Notes under the pieces: generated by a model
What the model saw: the letters and a program-made list of their open reading frames with translations, nothing else
What the model was told of the DNA's origin: nothing
The model's database searches: none
Translations under genes and position numbers: made by a program
Source of the DNA: Phoronis australis
Taxonomy: Eukaryota; Animalia; Phoronida
Assembly (NCBI GenBank): GCA_002633005.1
Contig: NMRA01000512.1
Coordinates: 248,884-312,883, forward strand
Direction: 5' to 3'
DNA: 64,000 nt
Shown here: in pieces, positions 33,619 through 47,800 of the stretch
Position numbering within the stretch: the first letter of the stretch is position 1
Layout: each line of letters starts with the position of its first letter

Positions 33619-36600
33619 GCTCGCGCATGTTATCAAAGACAACGCTGGTGGTACTGCATGAATTGTGATTAATAGGGTCTGCTTTCTGTATAATAATAAT
33701 GGAACAATTTTGTCGTCCAAAGAAGGCAAAAGAATCACAAAATATGAATGTACACAGATTTTTATAAGTTATAGTTTGTTGTATGAAACCGAGGACTTTG
33801 TTTGCTGTGGTTGTATTACAGTATAATTAATTCACACAATACTAATACAAGGGAAATCACTACAAGGACACTTTGTGGGTCTACTTAGCAGGGGCCCAAT
33901 CTTTGGCTCAGCCTGGCGCCCTTGCCATAGTTAATCCGCCACTGCTCCTTGGACTACGAACACATCGTAATGGTCGACGGATGTGTCGTCTTGAATTTTC
34001 GAGGAAAAATTGACAATTTTTTATAAATTGTCAAACTTTCTTGTTTTAAAGGGCTGAGATAAAAACAAGATGCAGTTATTCACACCGTTAAATGAAATTG
34101 AGATTTCTCACTAACTTCTAAATGGAGACGACACTAGTTATCTCAAAATGTGTAAAGCAAATGAAGCAAGGCATTTAGAAATCTGCTTATAACAGAGACG
34201 CAGAGGAATTCTGTCCTTTCCTCGCAATGCCATTTAAAATGAATTATTTAAAATTGCATCAAACGGAAATGGAAAATTGGGATGGGATATTGCAAAAGGG
34301 TATGGAGAAATGTACGGGGACGTCTGCAGTCAACTCAATTGAGGATTACAGTATCGCCCAATTTATGATTAGAGCTGAGTCATTGAGGAAATCAAGTGTG
34401 ACATGCCGATTAGATGTCTTTGGGCAGGTTTGAGACCCATACCTGAACTGCTAATTGTCTTCTCCTCATATAACCGGAAATTACAAAACAACTCTACCTG
34501 TAATACAATAAAATTTCCATTGTTGGCTCATCGTGTTTTTCTGGAAAATTTTGTGTTCGTACAAAAAACGTGCCATGTACATGTACCTCCTTAAAATGTT
34601 GCTAAGCACTGTTTTGATGATTTTAACCAGTCCTCGTTCTGTCACCTGTTAATGCGTCGTTCGCGACACACAACTTTGCTACAATTACCTCTCGAGCGTT
34701 TTAACCCTGTGCAGCAATACTCACGAGCCTTATTTCTACATTAGTTCAGATGAACTTGCTTCAGCATGTACGTTCTAGAAGTTAGGAAAATGAAATTGTC
34801 GGCGAATTGTTTCATTGAAGTGATGCTGTTCTAAAACTAGACATGCTTGACATCAATTATTGACAGGATTAAAATTTGATTTGACGAGCTCAATCAACTT
34901 TATTATGAAAATTGAGTAAGATTCTGAAGTTGCATACAGACAGGTGTTTTTCAAGCAAACCAGCACAAGCATCAGCACGAAGATCCCATGGGATATTTTG
35001 TGTAAAAAAACCCAAACATTCTGACTCATGATTGCTCTCAAGGAATCGCGTTGCATTTCTGACACCTGAATAATGTATGGGAAATGCAAAAAAATTATAA
35101 TTTTCTCAATTTTTGTCCTTAAAAAGACTGTAGAAGCATTTTAAGTTGATGAATGTCATATTGTCAACGGAAGTATCGTAGGAGTACATTTTACTAACCA
35201 AACTGCCAATAATGTGAAACTTGGCTTCCTTTTCGAATCTCCCAAAAACTGAAACCCTAAATAGAGGAAACAAATAGTAGACTCAAATGCCATCACTATT
35301 GGGTTTGACTTTGTTTGCAATCTCACAGGGGGGGGGGGGCTGTTTTCAATATCTCTGGTTCATGGCACAACACAACTTAGAGCGACTTCAGTGATGAAAA
35401 AAAGAGGTTGACATTCGATTTTGTCGTTGAGCAAACGCAACGCTCATACTTGAGGCATGAAAACAAAACTTTTCATCACTAAGCAACAATAAAAAGACAT
35501 TCACTGTATTTTTTCACAATGAAAATTTCTATCGACAATCGGAATAGAATTCACTTTATCTGTTCCATAAGTGCAGATTTCTTAGCTAAAGTCCCCGTAT
35601 GTTATGCACTCCTGAATCTTAATTGAAGTAGTGATAAACCCAAATTCCGTTCATAATTCTATTTTTCGATTTGGTTCACTTACCGCCATAAAAGTGTCCT
35701 TAGTTTAATGTTGTGATTTTTGTGATTGCTTGTAATGAACTGTAAGTTTTGTTATTCCTTGAGGCTTTAAGTTAAGTTTCGATACCCGTAATTACCCACT
35801 TGAAGTGCAATTTAACTGTCTCGCTGATTTTAATCAGTAAAACTGGCCTACAAGTCGGCCATATATTATAGCTTTTTATTATTGTATATCTTCTATATAT
35901 TATAATACAATGAGAGGGCTGATTAAAAGTGCCCGTGAGCTGATTTGAGCTTTTGAACGGGACCCTTCGTTTCCGTTTTTTAATACAGCGTGTTAGCCTG
36001 CCTGATTACATAACACTACACTACATCTGTAGTTGTGGCTAACTGGTACACCAGCACTGCCCTCGCTGTGACTACAGGACTTTGCCGGGAGCTTATCTCA
36101 AATTTTTTGGAACATACATGTACCTCTAACTTGCTTTTCTCAACTCAAACAAAGGCCGTTTCGAATTGACACAGCTACAGTTTTAGTAAACACACTTGCT
36201 GCCAAACGTTGACACTTGAAATCTTTCGTTCATCAATCAGCAGGTGTCACCAGCTAAGCTGGTCTTATAAGGGTGATTATTCCAATAATACCAAGGAAAT
36301 GCGTTTTCGCCCATCAAGAGCCTCATCAATAATGACAATGCCAACACAGTCACTCACTGGCCATTCGAGGAGGGCAGATGCGATGTTCATGCAGAGACTC
36401 TTTTTTTTATTTAGACGCTCTTTGCTCACCCGAGGCGCTGTTGTTGCTGGAAAGCGCGTACAGAACTGTGTCGAGTCAGTTAATGTTAATTTTGGACGAA
36501 TGGAAATTCATTTGGCACGGTAAACTTTAACACGTTGATGATACCTGCTTGTCACTGGAACATTTTCAGCACAAAGCAAAGTCTAAATGGTTTAATCATC

Positions 36601-37044
36601 GATTATTATTATTACGTTCAAAAGGATTTATTCCAAAAACCAAAAGTGATACCAAACTGTGGACCACAGTAACAAGTATAATAAGGAAACATTCCATGCA
36701 CTAATTGGCTAATTAATTAACGAATTAGTCAACTAAGAAATGCATAATGTCAACTAATTCACGATGTAATTCTAAAAAAAGGAAATGAACCAGAGAGGTT
36801 ATGCAAATGACCATTATTACACCACGATTGCTACCGAATAAAGACGAAGATTTGCGAATATAGATCTCTTATAGTTGCTGTGAGGAGTTTAGCAAGACAT
36901 TTATCTAAAACTATACAATTCATTCAACCTTTGGTGCCGTCTGGTACAACTACTTTCTTCAATAAAAAAAATCAGGATGCAATGACATTTACAAAAATGC
37001 GATGAACTAATCACCCCCACTAACCAAGGGAAATATGTAGATAA

Positions 37045-37196
37045 GCCTCCCGTTCAGTAACGCTAGGACCTCGCTAAAAAGCAAGACTTCGCGAGATTAC
37101 GTGAGATATTGCCGTGTATTTTAAATAAGAACACGTGACCTTGACTAGATTTTAGCTAGGTCCTAGCGTAGGTCCTAGCGTCTACTGAACGCACGC
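37045..37196. mobile_element. MITE
   Basis: Inverted termini cgttcagtaacgctaggacct / aggtcctagcgtctactgaacg. Confidence 0.6.
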
Positions 37197-38689
37197 AAGG
37201 GTTTCTCGCTAAAAACTTATTTACTATTCCCCCAGTTCTATATTATTACCTGCCACTCGGGAAATGTCAACATTTTCTGAGACATCGCAGTTCCTACTAA
37301 GCACGGAAGGTGTCACTGTATTCAATGAGTTTAGGTTACGTAGAAAAATGTCCAAATTTGGCGAACTTCGAAACAGCATAGTTCTAAGCGCAATAGCCAG
37401 GCTGCTACGAGCAATCTCGTCCTTAAGTATGGCCAAGAAACGAATAAGTTTCCTTCGCAAAGGCAAATTCTCTTCTTCGAAGCAATACCGCTAACAGCAG
37501 ACTGTATGTTTCGAGTTGCGAGTTTTGGCAATTGTTTGAAAGTTTTGAGAGTTAATAACTTCTCGAATTTTATGCTTAACAAAAGAACCGGCCGACACGG
37601 CGTTATGATTTAGCTAAAATTAGCACTATAGTACTTAATGAAAGAAAGGATTTGACACAAAGTCACGTGGTTTGTTAAAATATGCTTAATTACTAACACC
37701 TGTTGAGTACAAAATGCCCTTACGTACGAGTTGTTGTTTAAAAGTACACTCAAATAACCCCTAATAGCTTCTAATTACTCGCCCTACAAGTTTGCACAAT
37801 TAAACACTCTCGTAGTAAGCTGCTTTATTCTGAACTATCTGCTTACAATAAACCGATTCAAGTAATAAAATGCCACTTAGATGCAAATTTTGACTGTCGA
37901 TTTTTCACAGTCCCTTATACCCCAAAATTCCCAAATAAATTAGAGCAATGCAAGAAGGTATCATATACCTTTAAATCGGACATTTCATGAAAAAACATGT
38001 AATTGATGCCTCGAATGTCCTAATAACGCCTGATGGTGTGGCCTACCATTTATTTTGTTTGGCATGGAATGAAAAAGCCTCAACTTTCTTCGAGTTTTTG
38101 CTGACACGCGTTATCGAAAGAGTCAAATTTGCTCCTTTTATTTGATTGGCCCTGTGCTGTACATGTATATGGAGAATGGTCATCGACAAAATGTCACGTG
38201 GCTCCACCATGCTTGTTCGTCATGTCACATTCAGAATGAGGAAAACAAGGGGAGGTTTGGCTCTTTAAAAGTATTTTTGTAGCGCAGAACGACAATCTGT
38301 ATATGACTGCAATGTCTATTTTAAAAACGCAACTGTTTTAAAGAATGCAATGCAGAAGACACTAATGTAGTCAAACATTCCCGAGGAGGACCGCAACTGC
38401 TAGTGCGACTAAAAACTGACCCACTTTCCCATTTTAAAGCACCTTGCCGTTTTGAAAATAAACCTTGAAACGAAACAAGGATGAGTGCTAATCCGAGCAG
38501 TGGTCAATTAATTAAATATTTCCAAAAGCTATTGAAAGACGCCTATAGTCGATGTCGGTAGCGTCTAAACTGTACCTAGCTGCCTTCGACGTTGTCGTCG
38601 CTTTTTCAGTTTTCACATCAATGATTTATTCCACTGTTTTGTTAATGACTTAGGATTAAAAACCCACACACTAACATTGGCGCAGAAAA

Positions 38690-38697
38690 TATATAAA
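38690..38697 (+). promoter_or_regulatory. TATA box of astacin gene B
   Basis: TATATAAA about 60 nt upstream of the ATG at 38755; conserved with gene A. Confidence 0.55.
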
Positions 38698-38754
38698 CAC
38701 CATTTGCAAAACAATCCTCTGAACAAGTAGGAGACACTAAGCTTCTCTGCAGAA

Positions 38755-38811
38755 ATGGCTTTCGCGGTTCCTTGGACATTGTCGTCTATCTGTGTAATTA
38801 TACTAACTGGG
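38755..38811 (+). CDS. Astacin B exon 1 (signal peptide)
   Basis: [19 protein letters not shown]|gtgagt. Confidence 0.85.
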
Positions 38812-41800
38812 GTGAGTCGATTCAGTGATCTTTGTTTTCAGCAAGACTGATTACAGAACAACAACAGAACTGCACGTTATGCGAAATTTTGTTTTAAGTT
38901 ATGAGAAACTCTATACGCTCGACATTAGATTTAGCAAAAAAATTACAAAACTACACCATTCAAATTTCAACTGAAGTAAATACTTTCTGAAGATAGACAT
39001 GTTAAACTATGACTAAGTCTATGCTATCAACATCTAAAAAAACGGAAAATAGGTTCACAGGAGCTATTTCCAGTGATACATTCTCAGTTTATATAAACGG
39101 TCAAAAGCTATATCGATTTTGTATAAATAGACCAACCAAACCAAAAAACACTGCCGCAGATTATGAATTATCATTTAGTTGTTGCTGTAAGCAAACAGCG
39201 CTTTATACATGAGTGGTCCTTTCTCAAGACAACATTAACAGCGTTTTTGGATAAGTCGTAAGTATGTAGACGTTTCATTAATTCAACCTTTTCTCAGGTA
39301 GGCTTTTGAGATGCAAGGTTTTGACAAAAGTCCAGAGTTTTTGTGTTAAATGGACTTCTCTGATGTCCCGATACTTTAAGAATTCTTAAATACAAATCTT
39401 TCTCAAAACCTCCCAGATTTTGATAGAAAACGATTTTCATTACCTCAGATTATTCATAACATTGCTTTAGAGTAAGGGGCTCCAAAAGAGAATGAAATCA
39501 ATTCAATTCGTTTTTAGGATTCGTGCAGACACCTCCCTTCATTACCTCAGATTTGCTACTGTTGACGGTATACTCTATTCGGTTTCGGAACAGAAATTAT
39601 GAGCAGTTTATTACATTTTGTGAGCCTATTAACAAGTTTTCTTTGCAGACTGCTGGTGAAAGTAAATGTCTGTGTAGTTAAGATTTCAACACGTGTGAAC
39701 TATGATACTGTAGGTTTTTTCATAAATTTCTTTCTTCAGGCATTGACGGGTTCTAATGGACGAACAATTGACCAGGACATTGCAGAGGCTAAAGAAACAA
39801 GTAAGTGACACTCTAACAAGTTAAAATGGGGATTCTTTATGATCGCTTATTGTTCACCAAAAACATGCTGAACTGAGTGCCGTATCAAGCTTTAATTTGT
39901 TGTGTGCCAAAATAGCATTTCTAAAACTTTAAGTTGGAATGGCTTGGTGGCTACCTGCACTTGCATCTCTCCAATTCCACATTTTTGAGAAAAACGCATT
40001 ACATGCACGGTGACTAAGAGAGAGATATTACCGTGCATTTTCAACGAGAGCACGTGATTTTGGCTACCCTCGTCGCGGACCAGGTAAAGAACCTTACCCA
40101 GTACCTGCGTTTGTGTAATTACAGCTTGAGGCAGGATTTCAGTGATGCTCGTGTCACGTCGTTCGGGATATTACGTGTTTACGGTCTGCTGCTACAAGGC
40201 TTGTCTTATGTTACGATTGTTTCTGATAGAAATACAGAGAAAGGATCCTTTTTGAAACCAAAGAAACCGTACCTTGCGTAAGACGTGTTCAGCCGTTTCG
40301 CCCTCATGTCACGGACTTGTTTCACCACTGGGTGTGCCCTCTGACGTTGAAGAGTAAAATAACAAAAACAGTTTTGGGGATTCGCTAGTGTTGGGAGGAA
40401 TCTCCCAACAAATCCAAATACACCGCAGGTAGGTCCAGTCCTGGGTCTTTGTTGAGACTGGGTCTGTGGACTTGGATTTCAATAACCTTTCATACCTTGC
40501 ATTTCCACTTACCCCCATCAGAAATCTGGTGATGTAGGTCTCTGGCCAAGAACGCCCACGACAGAGTGACCCCCAGACCCTTCGATTATCAACTTCTCTG
40601 TGTGTATTCACTATGTCAGAGGCGTTTCAGAAAGTATTCAAACCAGAAAAACCACAACACTATTCGTACCATCCTTCCATCAGTCAAAGATGCGTCATCC
40701 CCCCTCCATAGGTGGGGTGTGATTTAGGAAAAAAAAATGTAATAAGTGTAGCGACAATTACATCGGAGAGACGGATCTCCAGTTATTCACTAGATCATCG
40801 CAACACCAACCTGAAACTTATCACAGCTGTACAAGAGAGGCTATTGAAATCCATGTCCACAAACCCAGTTTCAACAAAGACCCAGGACTGGACCTACCTG
40901 CGGTGTATTTGGATTTGTTACGGGTTGTCCCCCAACACTAGCGAATCCCCGAGACTGTTTTTATTATTCTATTGTTTTATTCGTCAACGTCAGAGAACGC
41001 ACTCAGTGGTGAAACAAATCCGTGAGGTATGGACGAAACAGCTGTACACGTTTTACGCAAGGTACGGTTTCCTTGTTTTCAAAAAGGATCTTTTCTCTAT
41101 ATTTCTATAATTCAAATGGAACCCAGGAATGTACATAGCATTGTTTCTGATGTTGCGATTTCCGAAGATTGTATGTGACGTGCGTTGAGACATGTTGCAT
41201 TGTAATAAACCCATAAAGCTCGCGTGCCTAGTTTGCGTGCAAAACTGTGAACCTGAACAAAGTAATAGCTCCGATTGTTTCTCTGTTGCTTTAAAACTAA
41301 AGATAATATGCAACGAAACACAAAAACAGTGTTTTCGAAGTTTTTGGAACTCGGCAAAACTTTATCTTGCACTGGCCACAAATTAACTTGTCATAATCAA
41401 GTGGCCAACGAATGCGCAAAACATGCACTTGAAGGTCAATAAAATGAAAATGGAAAAGGCAATGACAAACATAGTGAAGTAATGCTTTCTAAACACCGCC
41501 AAACGCTTTCTGACGATTGGGCTTCTGGCCGTCTATTCCTTGTACACTTTGCGTAAGTCTAAAATTCCTTGAGAAAATTGTCTACTATTGTCCTGTTAAC
41601 GTAATAATTTGCAGGCAACGTTGCTGTTCCGCGTACCAACAATGTTGTGACCGTTGAGTATGATATACTGCTGAATGCTGAAGACTTGGCGGAATTGAAC
41701 AAAGAGTGAGTAAAACATTGTGTTGTCAAAATGTCTCTTGACTTCAATTTGGTAATGGTCTGATATAACGCATTAATTATAGGCAGAAAATGAAATCATT

Positions 41801-44800
41801 GGTAATAATAACGCGTAACATACCACTTTACGTCGACGGTAAAGAGTCTTTAATGTCTCCTTCGAAAAACGTAAGGCAAATTTCAGCTCCAATGTTTCTG
41901 TTGAAGACAAATCCCACTCGATGACGACGAAGACGAATCAGAAGGACCCCGAAGACGTCACAAGGACACTTTTAGTGCACGGGAGCGCCAGAGGAGAAAT
42001 GCCATCCGAAATTTGAGTAGGAGATGGACCAACAAAGTTATGCCATACACATTTCAATCTGGGGCATTCAGTAAGTTTTTGTTTCAAATTTTGATTCAAC
42101 GTTAATTACTATTGTACTCTACATGATCTCGCAAATGGGTGCCAATCTGTGTAAACTTTCATGCGTCATGACATTCATGTATATACGTCAGGTAGGTTTG
42201 AGCGCAGTAATAATAGACGGTGGCATAAAAAGAAGCTTTCCGTTTAGGCAGTTTCCGGAAACACCAAATCACAAATCGCACTTGTGAGCAGTGTGGTGTT
42301 GGAGTTCCACCGGTCACGTGGGACAAGTTTCTTGGAAACATTGCAGTGGCGTCGTGATTAAAGCAGCCTTGCTCACTTTCTGATATGTTAGGTCTTGTCC
42401 ACAGTGACATTGAAATTACACGGGGAATCGAAAACGTACATTTGTTTGCTGGGAAAACGGCAGTGACGTTTTTGCACATTCGAGGTATTGGGATACCAAA
42501 ATTTAAGGTGAAATTTTCGGCGACAATGTTAAGTGATAAAGATCAATCAGAGGGCAGATTGTAACGCAATACTTGTAATAAGACAACACAACAGTTGCCG
42601 AACATTTAAACGCATTTAACTCTATTTCAGATATTTCTAGCTTATGCCTGGTAGCCCGGAATGTCGTGACAGACAGCGGTTTCGCTGTTTAATATCTCTC
42701 GTCAAAGCAGTTTTGAAAAGCCTGTCCTACCTAACATTAACCCCAGGAATGTGTTTGTCGGTACTAATTATTTATGCTTTTTAGGTTATGTAAGACCCTA
42801 AAATCGTCTGTATTTAACTAAGGAACACCGTATCTCAGAAATGGGAATTTGAATTCATATGGAACTCAGACACTATTATCCAGTGCTTTCCACTTAAATC
42901 GTTGTTTTTCAAATATTTCAATTCTGCGTGAATGGCTTTCAAAATGGCATTTTTATGAAAAAGATAAGAGGCAAAAATTTAATTAAACGGAAAGGAAGCG
43001 AAACTTAGAAAACACAGCGTTTCTGAGATTTCATATTGAGCATTTGATGTGTTTCCTATACCATGGTTTTCAGGTGCTGTAAATGTTTGACATAACTAGC
43101 AAAAGTAAAACAAAAATACCCATCGTTCAATGCACGTGAGATGTCGCCCTAAGTCCGTATTTGAGTATTATTGTGACGAGCTCCGAAGTTAGTACTACGC
43201 ACAGAGAGGGAGAGGTAGGGAGAAGGGGGGGGGGAGAGAGANAGTTTACGGTTCAAGTTGATAAGATTACCTAATTTAATTCACGATGCAGAACCCCACA
43301 TTTCCAAGTTTCACGAATAACGATAAGTCACTTTCCATTCTCCGATCAAAGCGCCCCCAATAGTAATGCTCCCGATTCCTTCCCAGTCGCTCTCCTCCAT
43401 ATTTACATTTACGTTAACCGCGCATTCAGACTAATTTCACGATTTACGACAATCTAAAATTTTAAATTGCATTCACACAAACCTTCAGCCTTCGGTTCAC
43501 TGAAATGAAAAACTCGAATTTCACGTTGACCCTCTCGACAATTACCGTTTCAGAGGTCACGAGACAACATCTCTCCCGACAACTGATATATATTTTTATC
43601 TTGGCTGAATCCCTGTGTCTTCCAGTCCCCAGATTGTATTAGAATCTCCAGTACATAGAGAGTTTCACGTCAGACGAATATACTGCGTTTACTGTGAAGA
43701 GCAGAAAAATGAATGATACCAGTTTTTACATTGTAAACAGAGAGCTAGAGGTCGCTCGTTACAGCGCAGTGACATATGGCGGACTGGCGAAGGTACCAAA
43801 TTTCCCATTGCTGCTGGAACTTCGGATGCATAAGTTCTGTTCTTGTGTTTTGTAAATTTTGATTGGCAACGGAAATATTTGTGTCCTTGAAACGGCAATT
43901 ATGCCTGCATTTCACCTGTTCAGCTGATAAAAAAATAAAATATAACCGGGTATTTTATTCTTGTAATATCGGCCATAGATTCACGAATTGAAGACTCAGA
44001 CAATGTTTTCAAATTGGACCGGCAAAGAAGGCATGAGGTTGCAATCAACAGATTTTACAGATTTGGGGCTTGAAAACCCAGGTCGAGTCAACTCCAACAT
44101 TCTATTCCACAGGATGTACAAAACCTGAAAACGTGAAGAGTATAACGAGCCAAAGACTTCAGAAGCCTTGCACAAAGTCTAATGAAGCAGATTCCAAAGT
44201 CAAATTTTCCGCCTTTTACGAATACCGGAATTGCCGACGGGTACTCGAAAAATCGACCAAAAATATGGCGAATCAGCAATTTTCACCCCAAATCCACCAT
44301 TTGCATGCAGTTATTAAGAACTTAGAGACAGTGAATTCAGGCTGCCAAACCTCTCCAGATTTCAGAGAGCAGGTAGAAAGTGGGTGTCGACTAGCTAGAT
44401 TTTTCACAAATCCAAAGAGTCTGAAATATTCTTGAATTCCCTGCTAAACTTTTCAACTTCCCGCTTGCAAGCAGTGAAGGTTTAAGAAAAGCCACGGCTG
44501 AGCAAAAAGGGGTCAAGGGGTCAACAGCTGACACTCTTTCAACCAGAATTGATTCAATAATCAAGCATATGCCATTCGTAGCCTTCACATGCAGCACAGA
44601 ACTTGAAATGCCCCGCCAACCCAGCAGGCGCAAAATGAAATTGGGGAAGCCAAACTCGAACCGCGGCGAAAAAAATATTGAGTGCCAACTAAAGTGACGC
44701 TCTCGCTTGGTGGCGGAGCGTCAACTTATATCTTTCAAAGCGATGATTTCAAATGTCTAATAAACTCCTCAAAAGGTAAAGTTTCTGAAGTGTGGGGTAG

Positions 44801-47800
44801 GTTACAGTCTTTGACCAATACCCCCATCCTGTACTAATGTGTTCGACAACATTGCCTGGAATGCCATTTTTAAAGATCTCTAGCTTCCCTTGAGACACTC
44901 CACCACCAGGTGGTGTGCCTGAGGGGAACAGTCGTAAGTCTAACACGACGTTTCTAGTGGTTGTCCAGCATTTTTATGCGCCCACATATTTATATGTGGT
45001 CGCATGTTGCCGTCATCTCTGTCTGGGCGTCCGGGCGAATTTCAGACCTCTCCGACTACCGGTGTTCCCCCTAGTGGCAATTTTATATTTTTTACACGAC
45101 GACTTTGAGGCGGACGCTGTGCCCTCTAGTTGAAATGTCATTTTTTCCGTTTTCCTTTGTTTCTCTGAAGTTCCTTGACAGATTTTTATGAAATGTGGTA
45201 AATAGGTTAACTTTCTGCTAAAGGAGCGATGGCATGTTCCTTTTTCAGATGAATTGGACGTTTTGCGCCATCTAGTGGTAATTTTTATGATACAAATGAA
45301 CAACTCTAGAAACACACCGTTTGTGGTGCATTCGTTGGTGCATTTCAACGCTCCGCGTTGCTTTTGTAATTTGGTGCGTGTTTCGGATTTTGAACCATTT
45401 TAAATGAAACGTCCCGGCTGACGTTAATTTTAAGAACACGTGATCGACGATTAAAGTTCCTGACAGAAAGCGCCTAGTAAATTTTCACTGAGAATGACAT
45501 GAAAAGTTCAAATTATCAAAACACATGTCTGTTTCTTTGTAGATGTCGAGGAAAGGAGGCTAATCGACAGCGCCATAGCCGATTACAACAATTACACGTG
45601 TCTGAAGCTTGTTCCAAGAACTAATCAAACCGTCTATGTACAGTTTCAAAATGGCGCTGGCTGCTCATCTTTCATTGGTATGAAACAAAGTGAAGGACAA
45701 CAAGCTATTAATCTAGGGATAAGATGTCGCAAGGTAATCCTGGCCTTAGTTTGTTCATTGTCAAGTTTAAAGGGGTTTGAGGACCTCACGCCGGCCTGAA
45801 ATGACCAATGCATTAAACAAGCGCACGGTCATCTCTTGATGGCATGCACTTACTGAGGCAAATGTTACGAAGACTCTCGGATGCTTTGGTATTCAGTTCT
45901 TCGCACTCATCTGATGTCGGTCTTCAATCATTCACATACATGATCCGGTATACATGTATGCGCATTAATTTAAAACCACTTTCACTTTTTTTTTGAGACG
46001 AAAAATGGTCGTTTGATCAGATAGTAGGCCAGTCAGTTCCCCATCGGCTTTATAGAGGCATGGAATGGGAAAGCTCGTCAAAACTATCCTTTAAATATTC
46101 CTGACGAAAGTACAATCTCGTAACTTCTAGTAAAGAGCAATTCACTTTCCCTTGTGAGGAAATTCCCAGAAAAATCACAAAATTCACGATTTTTGAAAAA
46201 TACACGAAGGAAAAACTCTGTGGTTACCACAGAGTTTCTAATATCCTTGACTTATGATGAATGGTCTCATGCTCTCAGTCTATTACTTGAAGTCGCTTGA
46301 GGCTTAAATATGTCAATCCCTTGTAAGCCTAGAGATTGCCTGACGAATACACGAGTCTCACCGCAGCAAATAGATGTATATATACTGTTTCAGAAACCGA
46401 TTATTTTGCACGAAATTGGTCATGCCGCTGGCTTCTTCCACGAACAGAAAAGACCGGACCGTGACGATTACGTGAAAATATTATGGGAAAACATTGCACC
46501 CTTTCAAGACTTTAACTTTGTGAAGTTCACTACAAGCGCGATCAACACTTACAACGTTAGCTACGACTACGAGAGCGTGATGCATTATGGACAGTATGTG
46601 AGTATGTTTTCGAAGTAGAAAACACAACAATCCGCCTAAAGAAAGTATAATGCCGTATAGTCACATGTCACGTGGGACAGAGATACGTGTTTGTCATTTG
46701 GCCCACAGCGTATTGTCAGTCGCAAACAAAACGCTTCCAATTGATTGACACTTTAGCGCAGCTAGGTCTTCAAGTTTCCAAAGTATGTAAACTATGTACA
46801 GCATACCCGGCTACTACATGTATGCCACCCTAGTGTCATTTTGAAAAACAAAAACCAAAAAGGCAACACAGAGAGGTAAGATACTTCGTATACGTAGATC
46901 CTAATTTTATTTTGATGTTGAAAGGTTGAACAACGACCAGTCTAAGTATGTGAAAATACACGGGAAACGCTTGGTTGACAGGCGGTCTCGTATCTTCCTG
47001 TCTTTCCTTTGAAACTGGACTAGCGCGACGTCGGGTGCGAGTGACATGCCCTCTGCCAGCTGGTTTTGGGGAGGTTGAATATCGCTCCAACGCGTTTCAA
47101 CATTAACGTTAAATTTTATCTAGGTACGTTCGGCTAAAATGTTTATTTTTGTCAGACACATGGGATGGATGAATCATAATTTTTGGTAATTCACTCATGT
47201 TGTACTATTAAATTTGATCAGACTTTTTCGAAAAATGGAGAAAGGACAATCGAGACACTGGATCCAACGAAACAGAATGTCATCGGAAATAGCGAGGGAC
47301 TCAGCTTCCGAGACGTGAAGTTATTGAACCTGATGTACGACTGTAAACCGAGTAAGTAACTCGATATACATGTATGTACAACATGCCCCGTTAGAGGGGA
47401 GTTCTCATGTTGGCGCCCTTTAGCGTAACGAGTGCACGAAGTGATTTTTGATTGACTCCGACTCAGAATAGGTGGACAGAAATTAAAACACTAAATAAAC
47501 ATAAAGGCAGCTAGATTCCACTGTCAGTCCCTCCCATTGTTTGATTAGTTAAAGTTCACTAATTTACCTTTTGACACCGACAGAGATCAAAATTCTTCCG
47601 CTTTTTCTGGTAAACCTCTGGCTGACGTGGCTTTGTCGCGGATATGATCTTTGTAGTCGGAAATCTATGGACAAAGAGGACGTCCTTGTTCATCATTTAA
47701 TATTTCAACACATTTGCTTTTTGGTCGCAAAATTTGTAACTTTGCGGACATTATAACAGAAAGAAAAGTGTTAAAGCGCTGTTTATACCAGAATGAGTTG

